Assembly (NCBI GenBank): GCA_030141605.1
Contig: JAQGDQ010000033.1
Location: forward strand, 124,001-188,000
Source: Tubiluchus corallicola
Taxonomy: Eukaryota; Animalia; Priapulida
Direction: 5' to 3'
Length of the DNA stretch: 64,000 nt
In this document: one piece after another, positions 42,241 through 55,200 of the stretch
Position numbering within the stretch: position 1 is the stretch's first letter
Layout: the number at the start of each line of letters is the position of its first letter
Notes under the pieces: generated by a model
What the model saw: the letters and a program-made list of their open reading frames with translations, nothing else
What the model was told of the DNA's origin: nothing
Database searches by the model: none
Program-made: the position numbers and the translations under genes

Positions 42241-43447
42241 AAATCATTTGAGATTTCCCGTATTGTAATTGACCGATTGATTATGTATTAAAACTATTAA
42301 GTGTTGAGTATAATTATAGACATTTAAACTTATGTACTGGGCAAAGACGAAGTGCATAATGACGATTAATCACTGCAGAATCTATTCATGCAAATAAGAT
42401 GTGACGGTGGGAGTTGTAGGGCAAGTACCTGGGATGAGCGGATCGACTAATTTCTTGGTCTGCATTTGGTCCACTTCATTTTCATAATAAATCCATGGAT
42501 CCAATTCGATTCTGCAAAAAAGATGGTCCAATCGAGTCTGCGGTACTGTGGTCCGCTAATCCTGGATCCATCTGTTCAATGCATTTTATCTGGGAAATAC
42601 TTTACCTCCCTCTACACGATTTGAGTGCTGATATAGGCAGCTTGTACTTCAGTCCGATCTCTTTATACCATCCACTTTGGGATGGGAAAAAAGTTCATGT
42701 TATTGCTAGTTTGGCATTATAAATGAGGTGTGTTAAATCTTTGTCATAAACGAATCACAAAGCTGGCAGTTTTACACAGTTTAGAATCCTCAATTTTTGC
42801 TCTAAAAGTTAATGAATCAAAGAAAATTATTAATTAATCATTTGTGAATTATTGACTCACTCAGAATCAATTAATTTTTATTAAGAACTTTTTTGTTGTT
42901 TTTGTGGGCCTACTGCTCCATTAATCGTTTAATCATCACTACAAATTTAGAAATGTAACTGCAAGTATGACTTTTAAAGCAAAGAATGTCACAAAAAAAA
43001 TTAAATTATTTTGGCATTTCAAACGGAACATGTGTGCAAAACTAAAAAATGTGATATTTTCCATTTGAACGTATATATTAATTTGCCTGGCAGATGGCAG
43101 GTAATGAAAACCAGTATAACTGGTTAATTTTATATATATATATGAATATAGCCGTTTTATTCCTGGCCATTGCACAGGTGGTAAACAAGTTTAGTGTTAC
43201 AAATGTGGGCAATATAATGAGGTTTGACTGTACATGCAAATTTGTCTGCCTGTGTTTTCCAGGTGCGAACTGTGGTGCTACTGATTATATATTGTGGTAG
43301 TGAATTCCATCTGTATACATAAACAATGCCATTGTTATAGGTTGGCATTTCATTCCTCGTGTTTGTTTGCATTCTTCATTTTGCCTTTTAGACTGCTAAT
43401 AAATTATCTTTTAGCTTTCAGAAGTTTCCTAAATTATTGCACCAGAA

Positions 43448-44455
43448 ATGACAGAGCTGTCAGATTTCACCTCTTGGCGTCGAGTTTGGCTTCCTGACAT
43501 AGATACCACACCATGGAGAGCTTTTCAAAATATTGTGAATATTCAACATGATTGTAAAAGCGGCCCAAAACTAGTGAAACATTTATTCAGGGAAGACTCA
43601 TACTTAATTTTATGGTTCTACAACAGTTGTATGTGGAAATGTGCTGCATCCGCTGAAGAAATAATATTGTTGAATAAAAAACTCAATCCTTATCTAGAAA
43701 CACCAGTCAAAATTCTTTTGCGTGACATTGAGGCAACGCTGACTGATAATGCAAGTGATGTTCCTTTTAATGCTAAAGAGAGTGACGGCACTCTCTTGTT
43801 CAGTTTCCAGTCGAAAGTTGCAGGTGTAAAATTTGCTTGGGAATTCATTGCTGTGAAGCAAGACAACTCAATGGTGACAGATCATCTTGTTGTTCCATTA
43901 ATGGCAATGGTTAATCAACTAACTCAGCATCAAATGAAACTGCAAAAACTGCTGCAAGAAAAAGATGCAGAACTGCATGATCTCAGACAACAAAAATCGA
44001 ATGAAAGTTCAAAGGCCATTGTTCAAATAACAAACTATTCTCCTCAAAAAATAATAAATGAAACTGAACTTTTGTCAAAGTTAACAGAACTGTTTTCTTC
44101 TTCATGTTCTCAGGCTTTATATAAAGAAATTATGATTAGGAAAGCTTGGCTGTCTACGTTAACTGAAAATCAACTTCATTGTGATATAAGGCATGCAACA
44201 GATGATCCACCAGTGGCAGGCCCAAGTGACGAGTCATGGAATACTACATCACGATTACCAACATCTCTAATAAGCGAAGTATGCCAAACTGTTTCATTAT
44301 CACCAAGCAAATCTTCTGAGGTTAGTCCACACTCTGAAGGGAGCACAAGGAAACAAGAAAGTGAGGAAATACAGAGGCGGCAAAAACTTGAGGAGAAACT
44401 GGCAGCGGAAGAAGACAAAAAATTCAGAAAATGTAAGAAAAAGAAATTATTCTGA
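43448..44455 (+). CDS. NHEJ1: Non-homologous end-joining factor 1 (XLF/Cernunnos), intronless CDS
   Basis: 335 aa; XLF head (PW..., KKLNP.L, SKVAGVKFAWEF, HLVVPLMAM), coiled coil (LQKLLQEKDAEL), disordered tail ending in a Ku-binding-motif-like KKKKLF. Acceptor TTTCAG about 26 nt before the ATG. Confidence 0.88.
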   Translation: MTELSDFTSWRRVWLPDIDTTPWRAFQNIVNIQHDCKSGPKLVKHLFREDSYLILWFYNSCMWKCAASAEEIILLNKKLNPYLETPVKILLRDIEATLTDNASDVPFNAKESDGTLLFSFQSKVAGVKFAWEFIAVKQDNSMVTDHLVVPLMAMVNQLTQHQMKLQKLLQEKDAELHDLRQQKSNESSKAIVQITNYSPQKIINETELLSKLTELFSSSCSQALYKEIMIRKAWLSTLTENQLHCDIRHATDDPPVAGPSDESWNTTSRLPTSLISEVCQTVSLSPSKSSEVSPHSEGSTRKQESEEIQRRQKLEEKLAAEEDKKFRKCKKKKLF

Positions 44456-45519
44456 ACATTGTAAAAAACTGCAAATTGCACAGATATCCAAAAAGCAATA
44501 ATTTAGCTTGGAAGCTTATTACTTGTTATTAAAAGGGCTATTTCTACACAACGAATACGCAAAGTTAAAATGTAATCAAAAACAAACAAACTGTATTATT
44601 TAGTTAGATGCCAAAAACCTGTGATAAAATTCTGTACTGGTGATTATGTAGAAAATAAAATTTGTCTTTAGAATGGCTGGAAGTAGTTTTTATATGTGTT
44701 GTGTTTTGTCTTATTCACTTAGTCTCTTTCCCTTCTTTTTGGAGACTTTCGTGCTTTATACATAGAGTTATAATGATTTTTGTAGTTGCTTATAAGTGTG
44801 TTCTCAGTTCTCACAGTTATGATTGATTTTTCATTATCGACCAAAGAACAACACACTGACAATCGAACTTTATTATCTGGGGCTTCACCTCATAGGACTA
44901 ATGGTAAAACTAGAAAGGTTTACCAAGTATAACAGGTAACCTGGCCTAGAAGACCAGCAATTATTATTTCATAATTGTTTTATGACAGTTATACTTTGTT
45001 ACTCTTGAATTAGGAACATTCAGCTATTAAAGGCAAAATGTCTATCCCAATTAAGCCAAATAGGAAAGAGCATAAGTAATTATAGCATATTAGTTTGATT
45101 TTCCTTTCATCCATAAGCAACACCACAAATAATTAGGACCTAATAGTTTGGTACTTCTGTAAAAAAGCGTACCCTATTTTCAATTGTGCAAAATCTTCAT
45201 AAATCTCGTTCCATTAATTTTTTATAATTTTGATTATAAGTTCATGAATGCCACAATGACACCAGTTTTTATAGGTATTCTAAGTAGGTATGACACCACT
45301 TTTTAATCTTGTTTTTATTGTATTGTACTATTTGTTTCAGAGAATAAATCTGCAAGATGGAATGCCATGGAATCAACACCTGCCTTACATATAAAGACCA
45401 GAATATGCATTAATATTAGGGAATTACGTAGTAATATATACATATCTATGGGCGAAAGACCAAACGACAGCGCGAAGATCTCCCCCGCATAAGGTTTCGT
45501 AATTTTGCACGGATGATGT

Positions 45520-46236
45520 TGTTGGGAGCCGAGTGGACCAGAGCGCCAAGTAGACCACTTGATGCGCTAAAAGTAGTGTCCTACATGGGCAGCCCAAGTA
45601 GGACACTAGCGATTTTTGTCGAGAATCGGTAATTTTGTCAAATTTTTGAAAATTCTGTGAAAGTTTCTTCATTTTATTATAAAATAGCAAAACAGAAATA
45701 ATAGCAAATTTAAAAATAAGATAGATGCTGCTAAGCCTTCACAACACCAAAACGTAATTTTTAACATTTAAGAAAAGCAAGGATAATTAGTTTTAATATT
45801 ATCAGTAGTATTGTAACATGTAGGACACATAGATTGCTAGAACGTTTACTTATAAGAAAACAATTATTTGCCCAAGAGGTAGTGAAACGGATCGCCTGTT
45901 TGTGAAGTGAGACAAAATCAAAAATGATATACCTTAAACAAATTTTGTATTCGCAAAAAAGTGGTTTTTTTCACTTCAACAACATTAATATCGAAACCAA
46001 ATTTAATATTGTCCGTTCTACCAGCTCAGAATAAAATTCTTTTATTTTATTAGATGTATAATAAATTATTCAACGTGCACTAACGTTTTTAATTATTATT
46101 ATTACATAAACAAGCACAACGGACGGTGTCAGTACACTTAACGACTCAATTCGCGACCTGTCTCTAGTGTCCTACTTGGGCAGCCCAAGTAGACCAATTG
46201 GTCTACTTGGCGCAGTGGTCCACTCGGCTCCCAACA
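45520..46236. mobile_element. Family A copy 3
   Basis: TIRs TGTTGGGAGCCGAGTGGACCA / TGGTCCACTCGGCTCCCAACA with perfect 5-bp TSD GATGT. Confidence 0.9.
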
Positions 46237-46925
46237 GATGTTTTTGGTTGAGTCAGCATAAGTGTGTCAGTATCAATTTCTGAGTTATGTCGACGTGTAG
46301 TTTTATTTAAAGCATCAGTCATTACCTTTTATGTAGAAGTGTAAGCTATTTTGTTTTTTATGTATGGTTAGCGCGATTTTGAAGGTAAGTTATTTTATAA
46401 TTGTGATTGTGCTGTATAAATTTATAATGCTAGTAAGTAGTAGTAGTAGTATCTATTAATATAATCTGGCTACCACCGTGTACAAAAATAAGAAAGTTAC
46501 AATTCACTAACGAAGCGAGTGGCTGTGGACAAGAAATCATTGCACGTGCAAGCACTTTTAGCATAACCAATTTATTTTTTCTTTGTTTGTTATCGCTACT
46601 TTGGTAACAAGAGACGCAAGCTATTGAACTAGTGCAGCTTGTCGATAATAAACTAATTACTTTTTGGTATTATTATGGGAATTCTGGGCATTCTCTCTTG
46701 CTTGTTTCAACAGCGCAGTTTCAGAGTGTATTTTTTAGACTTGTGAGTCTTCCAAGATAAAAAGTAGAGATTTTTGCATATATTTCGAGTCGCTGTTTAT
46801 AACTCAACTGTGACAGCATGGACAAACTATAAATACCATCATTAGAAAGAACAGCTAAGGATTAACGAAAATTAAATTTACTGTTTTGGTAATCCTACAC
46901 CTTTTATATTCATTATATATGTATA

Positions 46926-47561
46926 TGAAGGGCGAGGAGTACACCACTAGCCGAAGTAGGACATTTCTGCTAAAGCGCATGTCCTAAATTTGCGCAAAAG
47001 CAGTGTCATACATAAGCAGCCCAAGTAGGGCATTAGCAATTTCTGACGAGAATCGAGATTTATGACATAATAAAACATAAAACTCAATTTGTTTTAGAAA
47101 AAAGTAATTTTACAATAATGATGGATAGTACTTGACAGTTTACAAATGTATTTTTTACAACGATATCATCAATATTTTTAGCTCCATTAATATCATCATA
47201 ACATTAAATTAAGTATCTAATGCTTTAAAGAGAGAAACTATGTTGTGAACATAACTCGCTAGCCCGTTTACTTAGTAGAAAACAGTTATTTGTCCAAGAG
47301 GGAGTGAAAAAGATCACCTCTCTGTGAAGCGAGACAAAATAAAAAATTATATACCTTAAGCAAATGTTGGAATCACCTAAAAATGCACTTATTTCACTTC
47401 AAAGAAGATTTATATTGGCAAACATCAATTCTACTAACTCAGAATAAGATTCTTTGATTTTATCAGACGTATAATAAACGATTCAACATGTTTTGACATT
47501 GTCTCTAGTGTCCTACTTTGGCTAGCCCATATACGCCAATTGTCCTACTTCGCTCCCAACA
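46926..47561. mobile_element. Family A copy 4 (internally deleted), in TA-rich context
   Basis: Same body and subterminal GCCCAAGTAGG / CCTACTT motifs; ends ...CTCCCAACA. Confidence 0.8.
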
Positions 47562-47605
47562 TATATATATATATATATATACATGTTATATATATATATT
47601 ATAGT

Positions 47606-47639
<34 letters not shown>

Positions 47640-47811
47640 GTATTTTAATATATATAAGATATGTAATATAATGCCACTGTAGTCTATACCGAGAATGGCC
47701 AAAGTAGCTAACAGTGACTTGTAAAGCTGAAAGTAAGAATAATTGTGAGCTCTTATTCATCCATCATTCATCCATCATCTACATGTGGCATTAATGAACA
47801 TAAAGAAAACG

Positions 47812-49090
47812 TATGTACTTGCATAACAAAAACGTTCATAAGTCAGTATTTCAGTTTTTCTAGTTATTCCTGTATCCTGAATCTCCATTTCTTGAGGATC
47901 ATTTTGATCCCAAGTTCATCGCTCTATGTGATTTCTAAGCTGACATAATCCGCATTCAAGTTGAGGTACAGGCTGCACACAGACATAAGAACTTTTATTT
48001 CACACATAACAAGATATACAGATTGTAGTCAGTTGACAAGTAAATATTTAAATAGTGTGGGGAAAGGGAACGACCATATCGTCTTTTACTCCCTTCCCAG
48101 ATATAAAGTGAAATGAATAACTTTAATCAGCATTATAGACAATAATAAAGTTATTTTTATGAGTACAATATAATGTTGTTGTTTTTTTTTTTAATTTCAG
48201 TTTTTTCCCAATAACTCCTTTAATCAAATTTTAGATAGTATAGAAGCCTGAATTACAAACAGAAACTAAAATAATTATACTATTTTGTAAAACAGGGAAC
48301 TTGCAAATTGCCATGAATAAAGAAAAGCAAAAAAACACATTTACATATGTTTAATCTTAAGGTATAAAAAGACAATTTTTTCATGAGGGAATATTATCAG
48401 GAACTATTACAAAGTGTCATATTTTTTGATGACTTTGAGATATATAGATTAATTTTTGATTAGCAGTATACAGATAGTAGTCATTTCCAGAATTTTTAGG
48501 ATTGTGGATTTCAATGATTAAAATCATTGATTTTAACAACTTTGTTCTGAATGGTGATTAAAGGCTGCTTTATAAACAGCTTGGCTTGTTTCCATGCCAA
48601 CACGCAGTATCGCAGATATGGATATACTAGTGCATAATAGATAGTTTTGAGTACAGAAGTGTTCACAAAGTGACGAATTTTTGCAAATACTGAAAAACAT
48701 AATCTTGAGAATATCACTGTTAAAGTTCATCATCGTTTGTTGTGGAGCTTCTACAAAAACGCTTAGCAACCTTATGAAAGTGTGGTTGCTATGGACTTTG
48801 CAAGAACATGTTGAAGTTATTTTTAAATGCAATAGATGACTCTTCCAGACGAAGATCTGCACTTGGCAACAGAAAAAACCCTAGTAAAATGCTTCCATGA
48901 GCAACTATCGAACTTTGAAAATATCGACTTTTTCACAATTGTAATACTGGTTTTTAGACGAAGAAGTGGATAAAGGGTTATGAATTCAAATTTTTGTATT
49001 TTTTGAACATTTGCGTGACAATTTGATGCTAGAATATGTCCAATATATTTAGCATCTGTTTTCGTAAAATAAACGCAAAAGTCTGACAAA
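47812..49090. repeat. Family B copy 2 (inverted), interrupted by an L2/CR1 3' fragment (~47985-48689)
   Basis: Family B sequence stops near 47978 and resumes at CTGAAAAACATAATC (48690); the insert encodes YYALVYPYLRYCVLAW on the minus strand. Confidence 0.75.
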
Positions 49091-52000
49091 GCTTCTAGTT
49101 CTAAGAACATGCACCTGCCTGAAGTGTAAATTGCACTGTTGCAATAAGCAAGTGACAGAGGCAGTTTCACATAAAAAACTTAAGCATATAGTTTTATCCC
49201 TTCAGGCTTGAGATATACACAATGGTGCTTTGGTCTATTTGAGTCTGAATGACTCAGATATATTGTGCTTGTGGACATAAAGTAGTACTGATTCATAAAA
49301 AATGTCCCTTGGTTCATAATGTCCACCTTTCCTCTAATGAACTAGACCCAATCTTGAAATTGTGCTTCTCTAAAGTTCTGGAGGTGTTTTTTTCTAAAAG
49401 TGGGCAACATGATCAGTCTTATCAATTTGATGTATACAGCGTTTAATTAACCAGCTAGTACCGTAAGCTCTATTTGATTGTGTAAAATTTCAGAAGATGA
49501 CTATTACTTATAATTTAGTTATAATATCTAATAATATTGAAATTATAATTTCATTTTTCTACCATATTTACATGCACTTTTTGTAACTTACGTGGAGTAA
49601 TGTTTGCACACGATTGCCATCTTCTTGCCAAGTTCATTAGTCGAGCTTTGTGCTGACCCAGTAATTGTTAATTGTGCATAACATCTTTGTTTGTCCAAAA
49701 TTTGTCTAGTCCATGTTTAAAACTGTTTACAGATATAGACCGTAGCACTCACTACAGGATTTAGCGAGTTCCATTAGTTTACTGCTCTTCACAAAATGAT
49801 TAGCATCTCACACGTTTGATCTAAATTTGTAAAGGTCGCAGCAGTAGCCTCTTTCAACATATTCCACATTGTCGGTTTAGGTACCAATCTTACTTCATAT
49901 TTCTTGTTCATGGTTTGAAGACTTCCAGCACGCCTTTGCGGCCTTCCTTGATTTTGTGAACGGACCATGTGAGTAACTTTAGTTTATGGAATTTTGATCA
50001 TAAGTTAATTTTTAAATTTAGGAATGGTTTAGCAGCCCTTCTTTGTACAATCTCAAATGATTCTATACGTTCTAAATACATCTTCCACAGACACAATTTT
50101 GGGCTTGTGTACTAGTATACTTGTATACTGGTTTCATTCTAACCAATGTTTTGTACAGCAGGACAAAGAAGTGATGTTTGTCTGTTCGATGATGTTGTTT
50201 GATGTTCGTAAGTTCTTCTTAACAATCCTGCCAGTCAGTTTACTTTCTCTGTTTTCTCTGAAATATCAACCTTGCAGCAGAGTTTATTGTCAAATGCGAT
50301 ACCAGTATCCTTTTTACTTGAACCTAAGACAAACCGCAAAATATTGCCCTATCCTTAGGCAGTAGTTATAGTCTAGATTTCAGTTCCTGCTTGATATTTT
50401 CACTGTTTTGCATTTCTCCGGGTAAAAAATATTGAAGACATTTCTCATTGATCTAAGTTGTAAGTTTACACTGCCTTATGGTATAGACACAATGAATTCT
50501 GGTTTTCGGTGCTTATACAGCCAGTGATGATAAATGCTAGCAAGCTATAAGAAAGTTCTACGGCAAGACAACAAATGCTAATGCTGATTATAAGTGCTTG
50601 CTTCTTGCATTTATAATCTTAATGGACTGAACAAAACATTCTTATTGCACATGTAAGAACATGAGAACACATCAGATGCTAATGCTGATTTGTAAGCAAT
50701 TGCGTCTTACTCTTATAAGCTTACCAGAATGAACAAAACATTCTTTTTGCAGTTCAACTCTGCTAAATTAATATAATTCTAGAGATGGCTGACAATTTTT
50801 TCCCGTGTCTGTCACACTCTCTCCGAATGAAATCATTATGTGCCTTCCTTCTAGTTCTTTTAGCTGTAATATGGGTAAAAGAACTAAAAAACTTTGTTCT
50901 TCACTGGAACTAGACATTTTGTGTCAGAGGATATGCATGAATCAGCGCTGAAAACAAGACTGATAATAAGTGCGATTTTACTAGATTTTGTTGTCTGTTG
51001 TGTTTTGTTGTGACAGGCTTATGTCAAGTTCGTTCCTGATGATGTTCAGCCGCTTCATCTGCAAACAGTTTAATTGCGCATACTATTTCTTCAAGGAGGT
51101 TGGTAGTGAAAACTAAGGATAAAATGGAACTTAATGTGCTTCCACGAAATATAGTTCTTCTTACTTCTTCGCAACATGATCTTCCTATGTTAATCCAGAC
51201 CACGATTATGCAAACATATAATGACCGCCAGGTTATTTGTAAGAAAATGGCACCTAAAAAAGAAAGAAAAGGGCACATAACAAATGGTCTTGCTGGAAGG
51301 CAGGCATAGTATTTTCACATTTTATAATGCTTGTATGAATACTGGACATTTGAGTGCAGCCAAATGACAAAAGCAACATAGGATCAATTCGAAAAAATAA
51401 AGAAAATTTTGACTTGAAGTTTTAAGTTGTTAAAGCATTATTGATTACCATTAATAGTAGCAGGTATAAGCCTACTGATAAATTTTCTTGTTCTAGGATG
51501 TTATACCAGTGCTTCTCCAATCAAACACTTTCTGCTGGTTTAAATGTTGAGTAGTTCTGTGTTTTTCCTGCCATCTGGATATGTGACTTTGTGAACATAC
51601 ATCTGGGTGTATCAGCATTCACTACTATAATACCACACATTATGCTCAATTAGCAAATTTGTGTATTCCTCTGATTTTTCTGTTATTTATAAACGTACAA
51701 CTGGCTTTTTCGAAATTGACCTTCTAATAATAAGAGCAAACTTTTTTCTTAGTAACTGTTTGGCCTCTTCCTGTCTGTTTGGTGCAGTGCATTGCTGGTA
51801 ACTATATACACATTTGTTTTGCTGTTGCTAGGTAATTATTTCATTTGGCTAGTTGTGCTACTAATGCTATAGAACTGATCTCACATTTCTGCTTGATATT
51901 TATTGTAATAGTTATTGTTCGTTATCTAATAGTTAAATTCATTTTCATTATGAAAAAGTTGTAATACCTTACTTCGATTTCCCATTCACTCTGAAGGTTC

Positions 52001-52218
52001 GTCGTGTTATATCTTATATCATAATATGCAGTTTATGATATACTGTATATTGATACAGTTTACAGCAAAAAGTTACTTTGCTCTTGTTCTTCAATTCCAT
52101 ATACTATCGTACTATGTTCACTAAAGGTGGTGATAATGAATTAGCACTTTTGCTGATTGCCATGTTTTTAAGTCATGAACTTCTAGTGAATAATAGTTTT
52201 CTCTGTAGGAACTGATAA

Positions 52219-55200
52219 ATGAATAAAATTATGAGGACATTTGACTCAACTCTGCTCATAACTGTGATAGCGTGTGTTTTGGTGAAGACAAACATTGTTA
52301 CTGCTCACTTCCAGGAATGCTTTTGTCAGGTATGTTTTTTTAATTTGGTGTATAAAATACCCTTGCAACTGTATGACGTGTCTAAGAACTAACCTATCAA
52401 CTATGAAAATTGCTGAATATGACCACCTATGCATGCTTAGTTAAACACGATCACTAGTCATTTACACTGCTGGTCCTATTTAGTATTTACAAAGCTCTTT
52501 GAAAACTTGCTCAGCGACTACTGTGTTTTGCTAAATAAATTTATCAAATAAGTATTAATTACCTATAAGAGAGATTAATAAATGCTTTATCTGCTATTAT
52601 TATATCAATAGCAATTGTTATCAAGAGTATTATTATTATCAAGAGTATTGGTTACAGATAATTAGGCCTGCTAGGTGATATTTTTGCGACGTAGCACTAT
52701 GACGTTTTGAAAGAATCTTTCAACTTCAGTGCCTGCTGTCGCATTATGTAACAAGCTCATAGCATTTATTTTCTGGTAATTTTGAACTGCCTATCATAAG
52801 AGACTTATTGTGTAAGTTATGATATAAAGCAAGCAAGAAATTAAAGTATGCAAAAGTAGTTTGCCTTATACTACACTTCACTTAAAATTCAGCAGCTGCA
52901 TTTCTATTTAAAGTTGTGTATTCTTAAAAGAAATTATACAGCCATTTAGCCTTTTCTCAGTTTTTTTGCACAGATCTTCAGTTTTAATAAAGTTCGACTA
53001 CCTCGGTTAACTGCTAACTTAATTACAGTTCATTGCATATATGCACTTATTACAGAAAACCTGATGTTATAAAAATTAATTTCTTTTTTAATACCTTTAA
53101 TGGTTTATTAGTTCTTGGCATGATTAATTCACATGTTACAAACAACAAATAAAATTGCTAATGTTGGTGCAAGTTTATCATTGCTTTCTAGTTTAGCTTT
53201 CAATTGCTTATTGTCATGGCATTTTGTCATCTTGAAAGTTAGCAGATGTAGAAATATTAAATGGCACTTTTCATTGTTTTATTTGTGATTTGTGTGCATA
53301 AACATTTTTCTGTTTACACATTTGTAGCTGGTCCAAATTAACCATTTTGTCAACCATCTAGTAATATTTGAAACTAATAATTAGTTAAACCTCTGTAGTT
53401 TATTCCTGGTTGCCGGCATTTATTTCTTATTTCTTATGTTAAACAGTGTATTAATGCAAACATGAAATTTAATGTATCTCATGATTCTTAATTCTCGTAT
53501 CATTGTTGTAACGTCCATTTCATCTTCCCACATAAATGGACTTGTGCAGTGGCTTGCGTCATGTGAGTGTGGTGTTTGTTCAGTTGGTCTGTCAGTTGGT
53601 TGGTCATCCCAATTGCAGAATTTGAAAAGAAAACACAAACTCTACTCATTTTTGGCCCTTCTATGCTGTGCATATCATTATGTATTCTACCTTTTGTTCA
53701 AATGTGGAAGTAAAATAACATTAGCATTAAAAAGATCTTTTCTATAGCCTATGAACGATAATAGCCATTAGCCAAGGTTAGTAAGTACTGCGGGAGGGCC
53801 AGTTTAATCGCTTGTAATGATAGCTGTAGGAAGCCAGCATATACCTATGCCTACATCTACTCTCACATGTATCGAAAAGAGGTCAGCAACTTTACTCCAG
53901 GTACGGCGCGTAGACTGATATGACGTGCAAGTAGTATTGCCCACGTAGTCAGTTATGTCGTATGGTGACTTTGTCCATGAGGTCTGAAACTATTGGACAA
54001 ATTGAGTGGGCAGATGTTTTCGGTGGTAGAGATTTCCACAAAGATTGGTGACAATTAAGACTTTGTCTCATTGCTGTGTTCGTATCATTGGGAAGTGCTA
54101 TTGGCGTACCGACAAACCGTTGAGAGGCGGATCCGTGTTTGAGGTGACGAGGCACCCCCAGTACGGTAACAACCCAGAGACTGTAAGTTGCACGATTTAG
54201 TATTTGCTTATCTGATGTTAGCAGTTGCGTGGAAGCTGGACTTAGCCTCCTTGCTATTCAAGAAATTGGTAGTGATACTAATAGACGCTGAGCTGCAACC
54301 TCATCATAGAGGCGCCCTACGATAAACTTAGTAGTACTACGCAACCTCCATGGTGTATTTTCTAAGCGAGATAATGCCGGTGGATCATCATAGCGCTAGC
54401 GAGGACTACATTATTTGGGGTGGCATGTAGTTAAGTAAATAGGTACCCTTTTAGTTAGGTTTAGCTGTTGTGCATTATTTGCCAATTTATTTGTTTGTTT
54501 ATTGACTTGATAGCGTAAGTCTACCGTAAGTACATACTGTAATATTTAGCACATTCAAACGTAGTTAAATTAGTGTTGGATTAATGATAGTGTTTTTACA
54601 TACGTTTTTTTGTTTGTTTGCTTAATAACTATTATTACAATATTTATGCAATTGATTGTTTGTGCATTAGTTGCCTACACATCGTCGTTTGCATTACCAT
54701 AGTGAGTACAAAAGATTACTCCAAGCAAAGTAAACTGCACATCCCACACCCGAACCACACTGCTCAATAGACAGGCCCCCCGTAGACTGCCTATAAGCTC
54801 GCCACTGTCTGGAGCTAACGGGTAGATGATTGGTCGCCCCCTTTAGCTCGGTCAGGCCAGTCAAATTGTTACCCAGCGACTACCTTCGATCAAACAAACT
54901 ACCCCCAGACGCCAGATCGTTACAATTGTCTCTAGTTGCCAATTTCTATTGTTCAGAAGTGTTCAGAAGATATTTGAAACTATTCGAAATTTTAGCTGTT
55001 TGTTTTCCATTATTATTATTTGACCCAAATTTCTTTACTAGCAGCATGGAATTGGAAACTTGAAATAGAGCCGTGTCTGGGACCCTTGTACCAATGTAAA
55101 AACCTATTTATATACAGACTTGAGAAGTATGGACACTATTGTATGAAAATATTTTTCTCAATTATTATAGGGCATGCCAATTTCCGATTAAACCAGCATA

